Assembly: GCA_963677895.2 (NCBI GenBank) | Contig: CAXXGJ010000018.1 | Coordinates: 192,001-256,000, forward strand | Origin: Treponemataceae bacterium | GTDB lineage: Bacteria; Spirochaetota; Spirochaetia; Treponematales; Rectinemataceae | Reading direction: 5' to 3' | Length of the DNA stretch: 64,000 nucleotides | Shown: piece by piece, positions 62,602 to 64,000 of the stretch | How the letters are laid out: each line of letters starts with the position of its first letter | Position numbering within the stretch: the stretch's first letter is position 1 | The notes under the pieces: model-generated | Told to the model about the DNA's origin: nothing | The model's input: the letters and a program-made list of their open reading frames with translations, nothing else | The model's database searches: none | Position numbers and translations under genes: made by a program

Positions 62602-63850
62602 ATGGAATGCTACAATAAAGGCTATTGTCTTGTTCTTTCGGGCGGGGGAGCGAAAGGCGTCTATCATCTGGGGGTCTGGAAAGCGCTCAAAGAACTGGGC
62701 ATCCAGGTCGATGCCTTCATGGGAACATCCATCGGGGCCGTGATCGCCGGTCTCCTTGCTCAGGACAGCGACGATTCGCTCGATGATTTGGGCGCTTCCA
62801 TCACGGTGAATTCCATCATTTCCCTGCCCGACACCTTTGTCGATGAAGGAAAAATCAATGTAAACAAGGAATCCCTGTCCGAAGCGCAGGAACTTTTCCG
62901 TTCCCTCATTGAAAACAAAGGCCTCGACACCAGCCCTCTGCGTCAGCTTCTGGTGTCGCGCATCGACGAAGGCAGAATCAGGAAATCGGGAAAGGATCTC
63001 GGAGTCGTCACCATAAACCTTAGCGACTTGAAACCCCGCGAGATGTTCATTGAGGAAATGGGCGAAGGCGCGATCATCGATTACCTGATGGCGAGCGCCG
63101 CCTTTCCCGGATTCCGCCAGCCGGTCATAGAAGGCAAGAAATATATGGACGGCGGCATCGTCGACAACATACCCTACGCGATGGCAAGACAGCGGGGCTA
63201 TCGACGCATCATCGTCTCGGACATCTCCGGGCTGGGCATGAACAGGCGCCCGGAGATCGAGGGAAGCATCACGATCTATATCAAGAATTCCATCAACATG
63301 GGCGGCGTCCTGGATTTCGACCGCGATTTCATGAAGGATTTCGAGCGCCTGGGCTATCTCGACACGTTGCGCGTCTTCGGCCGGCTGCGAGGATATTCAT
63401 ACTTCATCGAGCCCGATGCGAAAGCCGAAGCGGCATTCGCGAAGAAGCGGGGAGAGGCGCTGTCTGTCTTCCCGAAGGAAATGCTTCATGACAGAAATCT
63501 TCTCCTGAAGTATCTCGAATGCGCCGCTTCGATCCTGGAGGTTCCTCGCGTGGCGTCGTATACCTACGGCGAGCTGGCTTCCGCCATAGCGGAAAGGAAA
63601 AATGACGACGAAGAGCAAGATCGCCGAAATCTTCAAGGCAGGTTCCGACATAAAAGCCGCGATCATCGCGATGCTTCGCGAATCGATGGCGAACCGCACT
63701 TTCAAGGGAAGCCCCTATTATTATTTCCGTCTGATGGAAGAATTCCTGCCCCAAAAAGCCGGCGCCGTGCCGAGAAAAACCCTGATAGGCCTCTTCCCGG
63801 AATTGCCCGCCGGAATGGAGTATCTACGGAGCGTTGAGCGCTCGAATTAA
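62602..63850 (+). CDS. Patatin-like phospholipase, apparent frameshift near 63610
   Basis: GGGAKG, GTSIG, DGG motifs; a plausible C-terminus continues in frame 63602-63850. Confidence 0.8.
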
Positions 63851-64000
63851 ATTCCGGCGGCCTGCACGATGAGCGATACCAAAGCCACCGAAATCCAGCA
63901 AGCAAGCCCAAGCAGTATGGGGCGTATGCCGTTGCGGACAAGTTTCAAGGGATTGGAGCGCAGACCGATGGCGGCCATCGCCATGCAGATGCCGAACTTG
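63847..64000 (-). CDS. 3' end of a YeiH/putative sulfate exporter family membrane protein (partial)
   Basis: Manual translation: KFGICMAMAAIGLRSNPLKLVRNGIRPILLGLACWISVALVSLIVQAAGI*. Confidence 0.75.
   Translation of the reverse strand, partial: KFGICMAMAAIGLRSNPLKLVRNGIRPILLGLACWISVALVSLIVQAAGI

Overview
A GC-rich bacterial chromosomal segment, most likely from a free-living anaerobic spirochaete (Spirochaetaceae/Treponemataceae-like). This assignment is inferred from the spirochaete/mitochondrial-type EF-G N-terminus and spirochaete-style lipoproteins. 1-38 kb is mostly housekeeping: ilvC-leuA-cimA-leuB-ilvB, azlCD, an RNA methyltransferase, zwf-pgl, a frameshifted GH16 gene, fusA, OsmC, an orphan pilin-like exported protein, a cyclophilin-FKBP fusion, dCMP deaminase, an atypical YmdB, oppABCDF, a serine hydrolase, ppx-ppk1, an ABC-F protein, and a condensation-domain acyltransferase paired with a membrane protein. 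After an initiator tRNA-Met (38117-38189) comes an ~11.7 kb accessory catabolic locus, the best candidate here for an undescribed system. It has a LacI regulator with four visible operators (three in a 29-bp tandem array), an M24-fold hydrolase lacking its Asp metal ligands, an ASRT-family protein with no rhodopsin, a monosaccharide ABC importer, an MlrC/M81 hydrolase, an aldo/keto reductase, a DUF4432 epimerase-like protein and a broken second ASRT copy. The remainder holds a small beta-barrel protein, DinB, a Fe-S aldo/keto reductase, a 999-aa exported TPR/beta-rich protein, an IclR-TctBAC-dehydrogenase-RraA/HMG-aldolase cluster, a frameshifted patatin and the end of a YeiH-type transporter. 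No integrase, transposase or CRISPR array was seen. All family calls come from motif recognition, not database searches.
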